From NCBI GenBank assembly GCA_964469605.1, contig CAYXZA010000004.1:1-37606 (forward strand): 37,606 nt of DNA. The letters run 5' to 3'. Below, piece after piece: positions 27,060-36,379 of this stretch. The notes below the pieces were generated by a model, which did not search any database, had not been told where the DNA came from, and saw only the letters and a list, made by a program, of their open reading frames with translations. The translations under genes and the position numbers were made by a program. Positions within the stretch are counted from its first letter, which is position 1. Each line of letters opens with the position of its first letter. The stretch is from an uncultured Candidatus Saccharibacteria bacterium (GTDB lineage: Bacteria; Patescibacteriota; Minisyncoccia; Phycocordibacterales; DATDWN01).

Positions 27060-29516
27060 ATGGCAAAAAAAGAAGAAAATGTAGATAAAATAGAGAAAGT
27101 TTCTGTTATACAACAAGAAATAACATCTGAAATGAGAGCTTCATTTATAGATTATGCTATGTCTGTAATAACAGACAGAGCACTTCCTGATATACGAGAC
27201 GGTTTAAAACCTGTTCACAGAAGGATACTCTATGCTATGCACGAACTCAGTCTTACTTTTGGAGCAAAATCAAGAAAATCAGCAGCCGTTGTTGGAGAGG
27301 TTTTGGGTAACTACCACCCACACGGAGATGTTGCTGTTTATGATTCTATGGTAAAAATGGCTCAAGATTTTACAATGAGATATCCTCTTATATTGGGCCA
27401 AGGAAACTTTGGTTCTATAGATGGTGACAATGCCGCAGCTATGAGGTATACAGAGGCAAAAATGTCAAAACTTTCATCTGAACTTCTTCGTGATATTGAA
27501 AAAGAAACAGTTGATTTTGTTCCAAACTATGACGGAACAAAGAAAGAGCCGAAAGTTTTACCAACATCTGTTCCAAACCTACTCTTAAATGGAACTTTGG
27601 GAATTGCTGTTGGAATGGCAACAAATATTCCACCACACAATCTAACAGAAGTTTGTAGTGCAATAGAACATCTTGTAGAGGATAAAGATGCAACAACAGA
27701 AGACTTATTGAAATTTATAAAAGGACCGGATTTTCCAACAGGTGGTCTTGCTTTCAATCAAAAAGATATATCTCATGCCTATACAACAGGAAGAGGAGGT
27801 GTAGTTGTTCGTGGTGAAGCGGAAATAGTTGAGACAAAAGCTCGTCAATTTCAAATCATTATAACTTCTATACCTTACAGAGTAAACAAATCAGACCTTT
27901 TGATAAAAATAGCTGATCTGATAAGAGAAAAAAAGATAGAAGGGATAAAAGGAGTTGTTGACCTTTCAACAAAAGACATAAAAATAGTTATAGACTTAAA
28001 AAATGGAAGTCATCCACAAAATATACTAAACCAGTTATACAAACACACACAACTAGAAGATAAATTTCACTTTAACCTAGTGGCACTAGTAGATGGTGTT
28101 CCTCAAACACTTTCACTTAAAAATATTCTTGAGGAGTTTATATCTCACAGAAAGATAGTTATAAAAAGAAGAACAGAGTTTGATCTAAAAAAGGCACTTG
28201 AAAGAGAGCATATTCTTTTAGGTTTGAAAAAGGCGATAGATCATATAGATAGGATAATAAAACTAATTAGAGCATCAAAAGATGTTGTTGAAGCACACAA
28301 AGAACTCAAAGCGGAGTTTGGATTTTCTGATATTCAAGCAACAGCTATACTTGAAATGAAATTGCAAAGACTTGCTGGATTAGAAAGAAAGAAAATAGAA
28401 GATGAATTGAAAACAGTTCAAGAACTTATTGCTAAATTAAAAGAAATTTTAGCTAATCCAAAAAAAATATTGTCTATAATAAAAGATGAAATAAAAGAAA
28501 TAAAAGAAAAATACGGTGATGAAAGAAAAACAAAGATAATAAAAGGTGGTGCTCAAATATTAAATCAAGAAGATCTCATACCAAACGAAGAAAATGCTTT
28601 GGTTTTGACTTCTGGTGGATATATAAAAAGAACAGATCCGTCAGAATTTAGAACACAGAAAAGAGGAGGTGTTGGTGTTGTAGATTTGGACACAAAAGAT
28701 GAAGATTTTGTAACTCATCTTTTGATTTCAACAACACATAGCGATCTGTTGTTTTTCAGTAACAAAGGTAAAGTTTATCAAATCAAAATGTATGATATTC
28801 CAGAAGGAAAGAGAGCCACAAAAGGAAAATCTATAATGAACTTTTTGCCACTAGTAGATAATGAAAAAATAACTTCTATACTACCTATGAACAAAGAAGT
28901 TAAAGCATCAGAAGTCTCCTTGATGATGGTTACAAAAAATGGAGTGGCTAAAAAAGTAAAAGCTGAAAGTTTTCACGATGTTAGAAGCTCTGGTATCATA
29001 GCCATAACCCTAGAAGGTAACGACGAGCTAGTCAGTGCATCTTTTGTTAAAAAAAGTGACACAACTATTATAGTTTCAAGTAAGGGTCAAGCTATACATT
29101 TCAAAGAATCAGATATAAGAGAGATGGGTAGAACTGCTATGGGTGTCAGAGCAATAAAACTTTCAAAAGGAGATTTTGTTGTCTGTGCTGAAACTGTATT
29201 GAAAGATTCAAATTCACCAACACTTATGATTATGTCATCGAACGGATTTGGAAAAAGAACTGATATAGATGAATACAAGATTCAAAAAAGAGGTGGAAGC
29301 GGTATCAAAACAGCCAAAGTTACATCAAAAACAGGTGTCCTTATAGGAGCAAAAGTTTTTGAAGGAAATGAAGGGGAAGTTGTAACTATGTCTCAAAAAA
29401 GTCAGGTTATTAAAGTCAATATAAATGAGATACCAACTCTCGGCAGACAAACACAAGGAGTTAGAATAATGAAACTAAGAGAAGGGGATTTGATCGCATC
29501 TATGGTTTGTCTATAA
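27060..29516 (+). CDS. gyrA: DNA gyrase subunit A (type IIA topoisomerase A subunit)
   Basis: [21 protein letters not shown] (catalytic Tyr region), and a C-terminal beta-pinwheel with QKRGGVG (GyrA-box-like) repeats. ParC cannot be fully excluded. Confidence 0.85.
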   Translation: MAKKEENVDKIEKVSVIQQEITSEMRASFIDYAMSVITDRALPDIRDGLKPVHRRILYAMHELSLTFGAKSRKSAAVVGEVLGNYHPHGDVAVYDSMVKMAQDFTMRYPLILGQGNFGSIDGDNAAAMRYTEAKMSKLSSELLRDIEKETVDFVPNYDGTKKEPKVLPTSVPNLLLNGTLGIAVGMATNIPPHNLTEVCSAIEHLVEDKDATTEDLLKFIKGPDFPTGGLAFNQKDISHAYTTGRGGVVVRGEAEIVETKARQFQIIITSIPYRVNKSDLLIKIADLIREKKIEGIKGVVDLSTKDIKIVIDLKNGSHPQNILNQLYKHTQLEDKFHFNLVALVDGVPQTLSLKNILEEFISHRKIVIKRRTEFDLKKALEREHILLGLKKAIDHIDRIIKLIRASKDVVEAHKELKAEFGFSDIQATAILEMKLQRLAGLERKKIEDELKTVQELIAKLKEILANPKKILSIIKDEIKEIKEKYGDERKTKIIKGGAQILNQEDLIPNEENALVLTSGGYIKRTDPSEFRTQKRGGVGVVDLDTKDEDFVTHLLISTTHSDLLFFSNKGKVYQIKMYDIPEGKRATKGKSIMNFLPLVDNEKITSILPMNKEVKASEVSLMMVTKNGVAKKVKAESFHDVRSSGIIAITLEGNDELVSASFVKKSDTTIIVSSKGQAIHFKESDIREMGRTAMGVRAIKLSKGDFVVCAETVLKDSNSPTLMIMSSNGFGKRTDIDEYKIQKRGGSGIKTAKVTSKTGVLIGAKVFEGNEGEVVTMSQKSQVIKVNINEIPTLGRQTQGVRIMKLREGDLIASMVCL

Positions 29517-29529
29517 AAAAAGAGGGTGG

Positions 29530-29994
29530 TTAGCCCTGCTCTTTCATCTCCTCTGCATCTTTTTTCTCTTCATTTATCATTTCTTCATAACATCCACCTA
29601 AATTACCACAAAATATTCTGACAGCATCATTAGGATCATCATATACTAAATCTTCTGGCAAATTAACATAACAAATATTTTTATTAGGAAAATTTAAAGC
29701 AAAAAAATCTGAAAAAAGTTGCAATTCACAATCTTTCTTGTGTTCAAAAAAGACAATAATCATCCTATGCCAATTACAACTTCTCGTAATTTCAACAATT
29801 TCTCTTCTACAAAACTCCAATCTGTTATTTATAGCCACCACAAATAATGTATCAGGATCATTTATCTCATTCGAAAATCTAAAAACTTCCTCAAGAAAAT
29901 GAAATTTAATATAGTTTGGAACAGAAGAAATAATCTGTTCATAAAATTCAGTAGAGATTATTTGGACTTTCATATCTAAAAACAATAATTGCAT
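29530..29994 (-). CDS. hypothetical protein
   Basis: 154-aa ORF with several Cys/His. No recognised motif. Convergent with gyrA. Confidence 0.4.
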   Translation of the reverse strand: MQLLFLDMKVQIISTEFYEQIISSVPNYIKFHFLEEVFRFSNEINDPDTLFVVAINNRLEFCRREIVEITRSCNWHRMIIVFFEHKKDCELQLFSDFFALNFPNKNICYVNLPEDLVYDDPNDAVRIFCGNLGGCYEEMINEEKKDAEEMKEQG

Positions 29995-30074
29995 AATCTG
30001 ACATAATATTCAAGTTTTTGTTTATAACTCTAAAATATTTCAAAAAACAATGTAGTATAATATTTTATATAAAT

Positions 30075-30602
30075 ATGTTTTCAGATCCCAAAAAAAATGT
30101 TTCCTTGATGCAAATACCACCAGGTAGCAAAGTCTGTGATATTGGTGCTGGTTCAGGTTTTTATACTATAGAAGTTGCAAAACATCTAGCAAACACAGGC
30201 AAAGTCTTTTCTGTTGATATTCAGAAAGATATTTTGTCAAAAATACAAAATGATGCAAAAAGTTTAAACCTATCAAACACCGAAGTTTTATGGGGTGATG
30301 TAGAAAGTGATGATGGTTTAAATTTAGCTGAAAATACTATGGATTACTGTATTTTATCAAATACACTTTTCCAAATAAAAAACAAGAAAAAAGCCTTATC
30401 TGAAATAAAAAGAATTCTTGTTCCAAATGGTAAACTGATTTTGATAGATTGGGCTGATTCTTTTTCTGGTATAGGTCCGCAAAAAGAATATGTTGTAAAA
30501 AAAGAAGATGCTCTTTTGCTTTTTGAAAAAGAAGGTTTTGTAAAAGAGAGAGATTTTGATGCCGGTTCTCATCATTATGGTATAATATTTCATAAGTTAT
30601 AA
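30075..30602 (+). CDS. class I SAM-dependent methyltransferase
   Basis: Motif I VCDIGAGSGFYT and motif post-I VFSVDIQ. The ORF track begins at 30018, but the ATG at 30075 (MFSDPKK) is more likely. The stop is 3 nt before the next gene. Confidence 0.72.
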   Translation: MFSDPKKNVSLMQIPPGSKVCDIGAGSGFYTIEVAKHLANTGKVFSVDIQKDILSKIQNDAKSLNLSNTEVLWGDVESDDGLNLAENTMDYCILSNTLFQIKNKKKALSEIKRILVPNGKLILIDWADSFSGIGPQKEYVVKKEDALLLFEKEGFVKERDFDAGSHHYGIIFHKL

Positions 30603-30605
30603 AAT

Positions 30606-31898
30606 ATGAGTAAATTTAAATTAGGAATCTTAATAGTCTTTGGTTTGTTTATAGTCATAGGTGTTATTGTTTTTGCATCAAGTAAAAATACCAACAACAC
30701 TTTTTCAGCAAATCTTGTAATGTGGGGGACAATAAACCAGTCAACAGCAAATGACTTTCTTTCAAGATTTGATTTTGATTCAAAAAAAGAACTGACTGTT
30801 ACATATATACAGAAAAAACCAGAAAATTTTGGAACTGAACTTGCAGAAGCTATTGCAGACGGCAATGGCCCTGACATACTTTTATTACCATCTGATATTA
30901 TTTTCAAACAAAAAAATAGAATATTAGAAATCCCTTACAAAAGTTATCCAGAGAGGACATACAAAGATACATTTATAGAGACATCTGAAATATTTTTAAA
31001 TAAAAACGGAATATTGGCTCTACCAGTCTTGATAGATCCACTTGTTATGTATTGGAACAGAGATATTTTTAGAGAAAAGTTAAAAACATCTCCTCCTTTG
31101 CATTGGGAAGAATTTCAAAATATAGCACCAGAATTTGTAGAGAAAGACAATTTAGGTAACATTAGAAAAACTTTTGTATCTTTTGGAGAATGGAGAAATG
31201 TATCAAACTCAAAGGAGATATTATCAAACTTGTTTTTACAAGTTGGAAACAATATAGTATCAAAAAACGAACTTGGTCTACAAAGTGACTTACTTGAAAA
31301 CAAAGGTCAAAATACAACACCAGCTATTTCTGCTGTAACATTTTATACCCAGTTTGCAAATCCAACTCAAAAAACATATTCTTGGAATAGATCTATGCCA
31401 AAATCACAAGAATTTTTCCTATCTGGTGATATGGCAATATATTTTGGTTTAGCATCTGAACTTTCTAGTATCAGATCTAAAAATCCAAATTTAAATTTTG
31501 ATCTAGCCCTTGTTCCACAAACAAAAACAGGTCAAAGTAAAGTTTTTGCAAGATTGTATGGACTATCTATATTAAAAAGTTCCAAATTTATCCCACACTC
31601 TTTTCAAGCTATAAATATAATGACATCTGGACAGCAGATTACTGCACTTGAAGAGATAACAGGTTTACCACCAGTTAGAAAAGATTTGCTTTCAAAAATA
31701 CCAACAGACTCATATAAATCTGTATTTTACAAGAGTGCAATATGGTCAAAAAATTTCATAGACACAGACGGACAAACCACAAATAGTATATTTCAAAATA
31801 TGATAGAATCTATAACATCAGGAAGGTCAAGTATTTATGAAGCAGTTAGTGGTGCAAATGATTCATTAAACGATCTTTTAAGTAAATATGGAAAATAA
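30606..31898 (+). CDS. membrane-anchored extracellular solute-binding protein (MalE/UgpB-like, SBP family 1)
   Basis: N-terminal TM anchor. LVMWGT..GPDILLLPSD..LVMYWNRDIF and overall 430-aa architecture typical of family-1 ABC substrate-binding proteins. No permease or ATPase genes are adjacent. Confidence 0.68.
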   Translation: MSKFKLGILIVFGLFIVIGVIVFASSKNTNNTFSANLVMWGTINQSTANDFLSRFDFDSKKELTVTYIQKKPENFGTELAEAIADGNGPDILLLPSDIIFKQKNRILEIPYKSYPERTYKDTFIETSEIFLNKNGILALPVLIDPLVMYWNRDIFREKLKTSPPLHWEEFQNIAPEFVEKDNLGNIRKTFVSFGEWRNVSNSKEILSNLFLQVGNNIVSKNELGLQSDLLENKGQNTTPAISAVTFYTQFANPTQKTYSWNRSMPKSQEFFLSGDMAIYFGLASELSSIRSKNPNLNFDLALVPQTKTGQSKVFARLYGLSILKSSKFIPHSFQAINIMTSGQQITALEEITGLPPVRKDLLSKIPTDSYKSVFYKSAIWSKNFIDTDGQTTNSIFQNMIESITSGRSSIYEAVSGANDSLNDLLSKYGK

Positions 31899-32271
31899 AA
31901 AATATAAAATATTCATACTCTTTTCTCTTTTGTTACCGACTACATTTCTACTAGCAGGAAGTGATCTTTATCCTTGCGATGGTCCAAATTGTGAATTTGG
32001 AGATATGGTAAAACTAGTTATTGCAATAGTAAACAGACTAACTACATATATTTTTATATTAAGTCCAATAATCATCGCTTGGGCTGGTTTTCACTATATA
32101 TGGAACATACAAAGTTCTGGAAAAAAAGAGGAGGCCAAAAAAATACTTCAAAACTTAGTTACAGGACTTGCCATAATACTGTTATCTTGGACAATAATAA
32201 CAGTTTTTTTAAGAGTCTTTGCAAACAACGAAGTATTGAAGATGTCGCCTATTAACCCTAACAAACCATAA
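31888..32271 (+). CDS. small secreted two-helix membrane protein, paralog 1 (VirB2/TrbC-pilin-like architecture)
   Basis: Sec-type signal peptide, CDGPNC pair, hydrophobic helix, charged loop (SSGKKEEAKK), second hydrophobic helix. Overlaps the SBP stop by 11 nt. Confidence 0.55.
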   Translation: MENKKYKIFILFSLLLPTTFLLAGSDLYPCDGPNCEFGDMVKLVIAIVNRLTTYIFILSPIIIAWAGFHYIWNIQSSGKKEEAKKILQNLVTGLAIILLSWTIITVFLRVFANNEVLKMSPINPNKP

Positions 32272-32678
32272 TGAAAAACAAACAATACATCAAAATATTT
32301 TTAATATTTACTATACTATTTTTAAGTAACTTTTCTTTAGTTTTGAGTGGTCAACAAAGTGTTGATTCAGGAGGTGGATCTATAGCAAATCTAGATATAA
32401 ACATTCCAAATCCACTGAAAGGTGGTGCAAAGAGTATACCGGAAATAGTAACCTTAGTATTAGATTCTATTGTTATACCACTAGGCTCTGTTGTTATTGT
32501 TTTGGCTATTATATATTCTGGATGGAAGTTTATAATGGCACAAGGTAACAGTGCAGACATACAAAAACAAAAAGAAAACTTAAAATGGGTTGTTGTAGGT
32601 TCAGCTATTATACTTGGAGCAAAAGCTATATCACTAGCAATCAATTCAACAATATCACAAATCAGCATATTCAAATGA
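32271..32678 (+). CDS. small secreted two-helix membrane protein, paralog 2
   Basis: Signal peptide, Gly-rich linker, helix 1 ending AQG, charged loop NSADIQKQKENLKW, helix 2. Start overlaps the previous stop. Confidence 0.55.
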   Translation: MKNKQYIKIFLIFTILFLSNFSLVLSGQQSVDSGGGSIANLDINIPNPLKGGAKSIPEIVTLVLDSIVIPLGSVVIVLAIIYSGWKFIMAQGNSADIQKQKENLKWVVVGSAIILGAKAISLAINSTISQISIFK

Positions 32679-33010
32679 AAAAAATTATCTTAACATCTTT
32701 ATTTTTTCTGATTCCAACACTTGTTTTTGCATTTCCTGCAAACTTGGGTGATTTTATAAAACTACTTTTGAGTTTGATAGACATAATAATACCCATAATG
32801 TCCGGTTTTATAATGATTATCTTTTTTTACGGAACAGCTCTTTTTATCCTAGCACAAGGTGACATAGTAAAAACACAAACAGGAAAAAGTTTTATGTTAT
32901 GGTCAGTTCTAGGCATATTTCTATTGGTATCTCTTTGGGGTATAATACAAGTCATGTCAAACGAACTTGATTTTGGACAAATTAGAAGACCAACATTACC
33001 AACAAATTAA
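32675..33010 (+). CDS. small secreted two-helix membrane protein, paralog 3
   Basis: MKKIILTSLFFLIPTLVFA signal peptide. FYGTALFILAQGD-loop-KSFMLWSVLGIF...LWGIIQVMSNELDFG. ATGA start/stop overlap with paralog 2. Confidence 0.6.
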   Translation: MKKIILTSLFFLIPTLVFAFPANLGDFIKLLLSLIDIIIPIMSGFIMIIFFYGTALFILAQGDIVKTQTGKSFMLWSVLGIFLLVSLWGIIQVMSNELDFGQIRRPTLPTN

Positions 33011-33011
33011 A

Positions 33012-33488
33012 ATGAAAAAAATATATTATTTTACAACAATATTTACAATACTTTTTTTACCACAAGTTTCAAATGCCGCTCTTTCTGGCATAAAAGGACT
33101 TTTACTAGATGTTAAAAGTATAGTCGGAAATCTGATACCAATAGCATTTGGACTAGCTATTGTTGCATTTTTCTTTGGTATTGCAAAATTCATATATGAA
33201 GCAGGAAATCCAGAAAGTAAAAATAAAAACAAAGCTATTATATACTGGGGAGTTATTGCAATAGCTGTAATGGCATCTATTTGGGGTATAGTAGGATTAC
33301 TCCAAAATATTTTTGGTGTAGATAAAATGGTTGGAAATCGTCAGGGTCCACCAACTACAGATGTATCATCTAATGTCTCTTTTCCATCAAATGACACTGG
33401 TGGAGGAGGTGGTACAAGAGATCAAGATTTAAGTTCAGATGGTGGAGATGGAGGTGATACATATAATGATATTTTTAATACTTTTTAG
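33012..33488 (+). CDS. small secreted two-helix membrane protein, paralog 4, with Gly/Asp-rich C-terminal tail
   Basis: Signal peptide ...VSNA. FFGIAKFIYEAGNPESKNKNKAIIYWGVIAIAVMASIWGIVGLLQNIFGV. Tail GGGGGTRDQDLSSDGGDGGD. Confidence 0.6.
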   Translation: MKKIYYFTTIFTILFLPQVSNAALSGIKGLLLDVKSIVGNLIPIAFGLAIVAFFFGIAKFIYEAGNPESKNKNKAIIYWGVIAIAVMASIWGIVGLLQNIFGVDKMVGNRQGPPTTDVSSNVSFPSNDTGGGGGTRDQDLSSDGGDGGDTYNDIFNTF

Positions 33489-33592
33489 TTATAACTATAA
33501 AAAATTTTTTCAAATTATAGACTTTAAATTATCCACTTATTTATAAATAAAAAATTGCTGTTATCTTATTTTTGTTATAAAATATATACATT

Positions 33593-33607
33593 GGTCACTT
33601 GGCTTTT
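33593..33607. repeat. short repeated motif ggtcacttggctt, copy 2 (upstream of pilin-like paralog 5)
   Basis: 13-mer identical to 8034-8046. Lies in the 160-bp gap between paralogs 4 and 5. Confidence 0.5.
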
Positions 33608-33648
33608 CAAATGACAAATAAAATAAATTATTAATAAATTATTAAATT

Positions 33649-34014
33649 ATGAAAAAAATTGTATATACAATCCTTTCCCTAAGCCCAGCACTTACACTGG
33701 CAGCAGAAGGTACTTTTAATGTTGGTTATTTTGATAATATACTAGATCTGATAAAAAGAATAACAAAAGCTGGAGTTCCAATACTTTTTGCAGCAGCTGT
33801 TATTATATTTTTCTATACAATATTGAGATATATATTGGCAGCCGGAGAAAAACCAGAAGATGCTTCTAAAAGAAGAGGTGCTATTGTTTGGAGTCTTATA
33901 GCCATAGCTGTAATGGCATCTGTTTGGGGTCTTGTGGCTTTCTTGCAAAACATTTTTGGTGTGTCTTCTACCGGTGGCACAAATATCAACCCACCAACAA
34001 TTAATGGTCTATAA
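33649..34014 (+). CDS. small secreted two-helix membrane protein, paralog 5
   Basis: Signal peptide ...TLA. FYTILRYILAAGEKPEDASKRRGAIVWSLIAIAVMASVWGLVAFLQNIFGV, near-identical to paralog 4 over the second helix. Confidence 0.6.
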   Translation: MKKIVYTILSLSPALTLAAEGTFNVGYFDNILDLIKRITKAGVPILFAAAVIIFFYTILRYILAAGEKPEDASKRRGAIVWSLIAIAVMASVWGLVAFLQNIFGVSSTGGTNINPPTINGL

Positions 34015-34016
34015 AA

Positions 34017-34295
34017 ATGATCCCTTTTATAAATAAGGTAAATCAGGTCATAATAAATCCAATAATTGTTTTGGCTTTAGCTGTAGCTGTATGTTACTTT
34101 ATATATTCCATAATAAATCTAATACTTGAATCTAAAGAAGGAGGCAAGGAATTACAAAAAAGAAAAGATGCTGTTATATATTCAATAGTAGGAATATTTA
34201 TAATGGTATCTGTCTATGGAATAATAAACTTTATACTATCAAGTATAGATGTATCCGCTCCTCCTTATTTAAAAAATAAATTAGAGGGTCAATAA
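34017..34295 (+). CDS. small two-helix membrane protein, paralog 6 (shortest)
   Basis: Helix, ESKEGGKELQKRKD loop, AVIYSIVGIFIMVSVYGIINFIL. Same architecture but lacks a clear cleavable signal peptide. Confidence 0.5.
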   Translation: MIPFINKVNQVIINPIIVLALAVAVCYFIYSIINLILESKEGGKELQKRKDAVIYSIVGIFIMVSVYGIINFILSSIDVSAPPYLKNKLEGQ

Positions 34296-34349
34296 GATCA
34301 AAAGACGGGTTTATCCCGTTTTTTGATATAAGAAAAGGGCCTTAGCCCT

Positions 34350-35123
34350 TTATTTACAATCTTTTTCTTTATAAGTTATAGATAACTTACAATCACCACT
34401 AATACAAGGTTTTTCCGTAGAAAAACTAATTCTTTCTTTGTTATAATCATAAGAAAGTGTTGCATTTTTGTTATCTATTCTAAGTAGAGACTTATAAACT
34501 CCACTTAGATCATACCTTTTCATAATAATTGTATGTTTATCATAATTTGAAAAATCAAGATCAATACCATTTGGATATTTACATTTTGCAGTTTCTCCAT
34601 CTGCCAAGTCTACAACATCCGTATACAATGTATTTACATTTTTTTTGCCTTCTCCAATGGATTGGAAAAACTCAATAGAGGATTCACCTGTAAAATAAGA
34701 TTCTATTGTATTATCGGAGTATAGACTCCAAATGAATACAAAAATCAATATAGTGATGAAACTAGAACCCCATTTTTCTAAGAAACTTTTTTCTCCTTTT
34801 TTGATCTCTTTATTTAAAGAGAAAATTGTTATGAGAATAATTATTACAAATAATATTCCTATTTTTTTATAGACACTTTCCTGCAAGATAATCGGAAATT
34901 GATTATACAATACAAAAAGTGTTGCGGTAAAGGGTAGAAAAAATGTTAAACCAGCATTAGCAAATTTATCATCTTTTTCTATATATTTGTAATATGCAAA
35001 AAGTATTGTTGCGATAAAGGATATTGTTATCAATACAACAGTGACAGGAGTAAAATATATCAATGTTAAGATACCTACAATAAGAATCAGGGAAATGATT
35101 ATCAGAATCAAAGATTTAAACAT
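34350..35123 (-). CDS. polytopic membrane protein with Cys-containing C-terminal extracytoplasmic domain; possible NfeD-like partner of the SPFH protein
   Basis: 4-5 N-terminal TM helices, then an approximately 110-aa soluble domain with several Cys. Start abuts the stop of the upstream SPFH gene, suggesting an operon. Confidence 0.45.
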   Translation of the reverse strand: MFKSLILIIISLILIVGILTLIYFTPVTVVLITISFIATILFAYYKYIEKDDKFANAGLTFFLPFTATLFVLYNQFPIILQESVYKKIGILFVIIILITIFSLNKEIKKGEKSFLEKWGSSFITILIFVFIWSLYSDNTIESYFTGESSIEFFQSIGEGKKNVNTLYTDVVDLADGETAKCKYPNGIDLDFSNYDKHTIIMKRYDLSGVYKSLLRIDNKNATLSYDYNKERISFSTEKPCISGDCKLSITYKEKDCK

Positions 35124-36179
35124 TTAGTTTCCACCTCTTTTTTTACGATTTCCACCACTCTTATTACCCTGACCTCCACTCATTCCAATAAATCCACCTT
35201 TAAATTCACTTAGACCTTGTGCTTTAATGGCTGTAAGTAGAATTTCTTTAAATACATCTGGATCAGTCTTTCTCAAATCTTTATATTTTTCAAAAAATGT
35301 ATCCATAAGCAATAGAAGGTCTTTGGTGCTTGCTTCTTGAGCAAGTGCAGAGGCTTTTGCATCTCTTTCTGCAACTTCTAGTCTAGTTTGGGCATCTCTT
35401 AGTTCTTTATCCCGTTTAACAAGTGCCAGCTCTGCCTCTTCAACAGTTTGTTGAAAAATTGGATCAGAGAAACCAACACCATGAGTAAAAATATTATAAA
35501 CATCAACACCAACATCTTTTATTCGTTTAGATATCTCTTTTGATATCTCAACTGACAAAATTGTTCTGTCCATAGAAATTATTTCTCCAGCATTATGTCT
35601 CACTGCAACATTTTCAAAAGCAGCATTAACACATTCAACTATTTTTTGATAATATTTTCCTTTATACTCATCAACAAGCTGTCTTGGTCTTAAGACCTTA
35701 ACATCCATTGCTATAGAAATGAAAACTTTTACACCATTTCTACATTCAATGTCTCTAATGCTAATAGCAGTAGGAAAAACTCTTTTTAGAAATTTAATCT
35801 TTTTGGTTCCAGGTATAAATTCACCTTGTTCATTAAATTTTCCATAATTTATTTCAAAACCATATACTTTACCTAAAATGCCTATGTAGTAAAGAGTTCC
35901 ATTTTTAATTTTACCCAAACTCTCTTTTACTTCTTCTTCATCATCTATATAATGTCCTTTACTATTCATTTTGATTTTTGAGATTGAAGCTACAGTAGAA
36001 CCTTTTGCAATAAACACAAAAGATTCATTTGGAATAAAGGTAAAAATCATGTCTTTTTCAGCTAGTTTATATGCAATTTTTACACCAACAAAAAATATCA
36101 AAGAACCAGATGCAATAACAAATACTATTAAAAGTATTGTGTTCAACATTCCACACAAAAAACTATCATAAAAATACAA
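35124..36179 (-). CDS. SPFH/band-7 domain protein (stomatin/flotillin/HflKC-like)
   Basis: N-terminal TM helix, SPFH-like core, then Ala/Glu-rich coiled coil (EEAELALVKRDKELRDAQTRLEVAERDAKASALAQEA) and a Gly/Lys-rich tail. Confidence 0.8.
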   Translation of the reverse strand: MYFYDSFLCGMLNTILLIVFVIASGSLIFFVGVKIAYKLAEKDMIFTFIPNESFVFIAKGSTVASISKIKMNSKGHYIDDEEEVKESLGKIKNGTLYYIGILGKVYGFEINYGKFNEQGEFIPGTKKIKFLKRVFPTAISIRDIECRNGVKVFISIAMDVKVLRPRQLVDEYKGKYYQKIVECVNAAFENVAVRHNAGEIISMDRTILSVEISKEISKRIKDVGVDVYNIFTHGVGFSDPIFQQTVEEAELALVKRDKELRDAQTRLEVAERDAKASALAQEASTKDLLLLMDTFFEKYKDLRKTDPDVFKEILLTAIKAQGLSEFKGGFIGMSGGQGNKSGGNRKKRGGN

Positions 36180-36379
36180 AAAGTCAATATTTACATAATA
36201 TAAATAACAGTGTCTTTTTTGTCCTAAAATTTAAAGAAAAGGTAAATATTCTTTATACTTATACTATTGTTTTATATATATTTTTTATTTTTTAACAGTT
36301 TCTTGACTATTTTGCAATATAATGATACAAATTAAGGAAACAATTAATTTCAAAGGCTAAATTATAAACAAAATAAATT

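Noticed and set aside
30606-31898. Interpreting the solute-binding protein as part of a complete sugar ABC importer.
   Set aside because: No membrane permease (EAA-loop) or ABC ATPase (Walker A/B, LSGGQ) ORFs occur anywhere in the window. The SBP is instead coupled to the small two-helix proteins, so a conventional transporter operon is not supported here.
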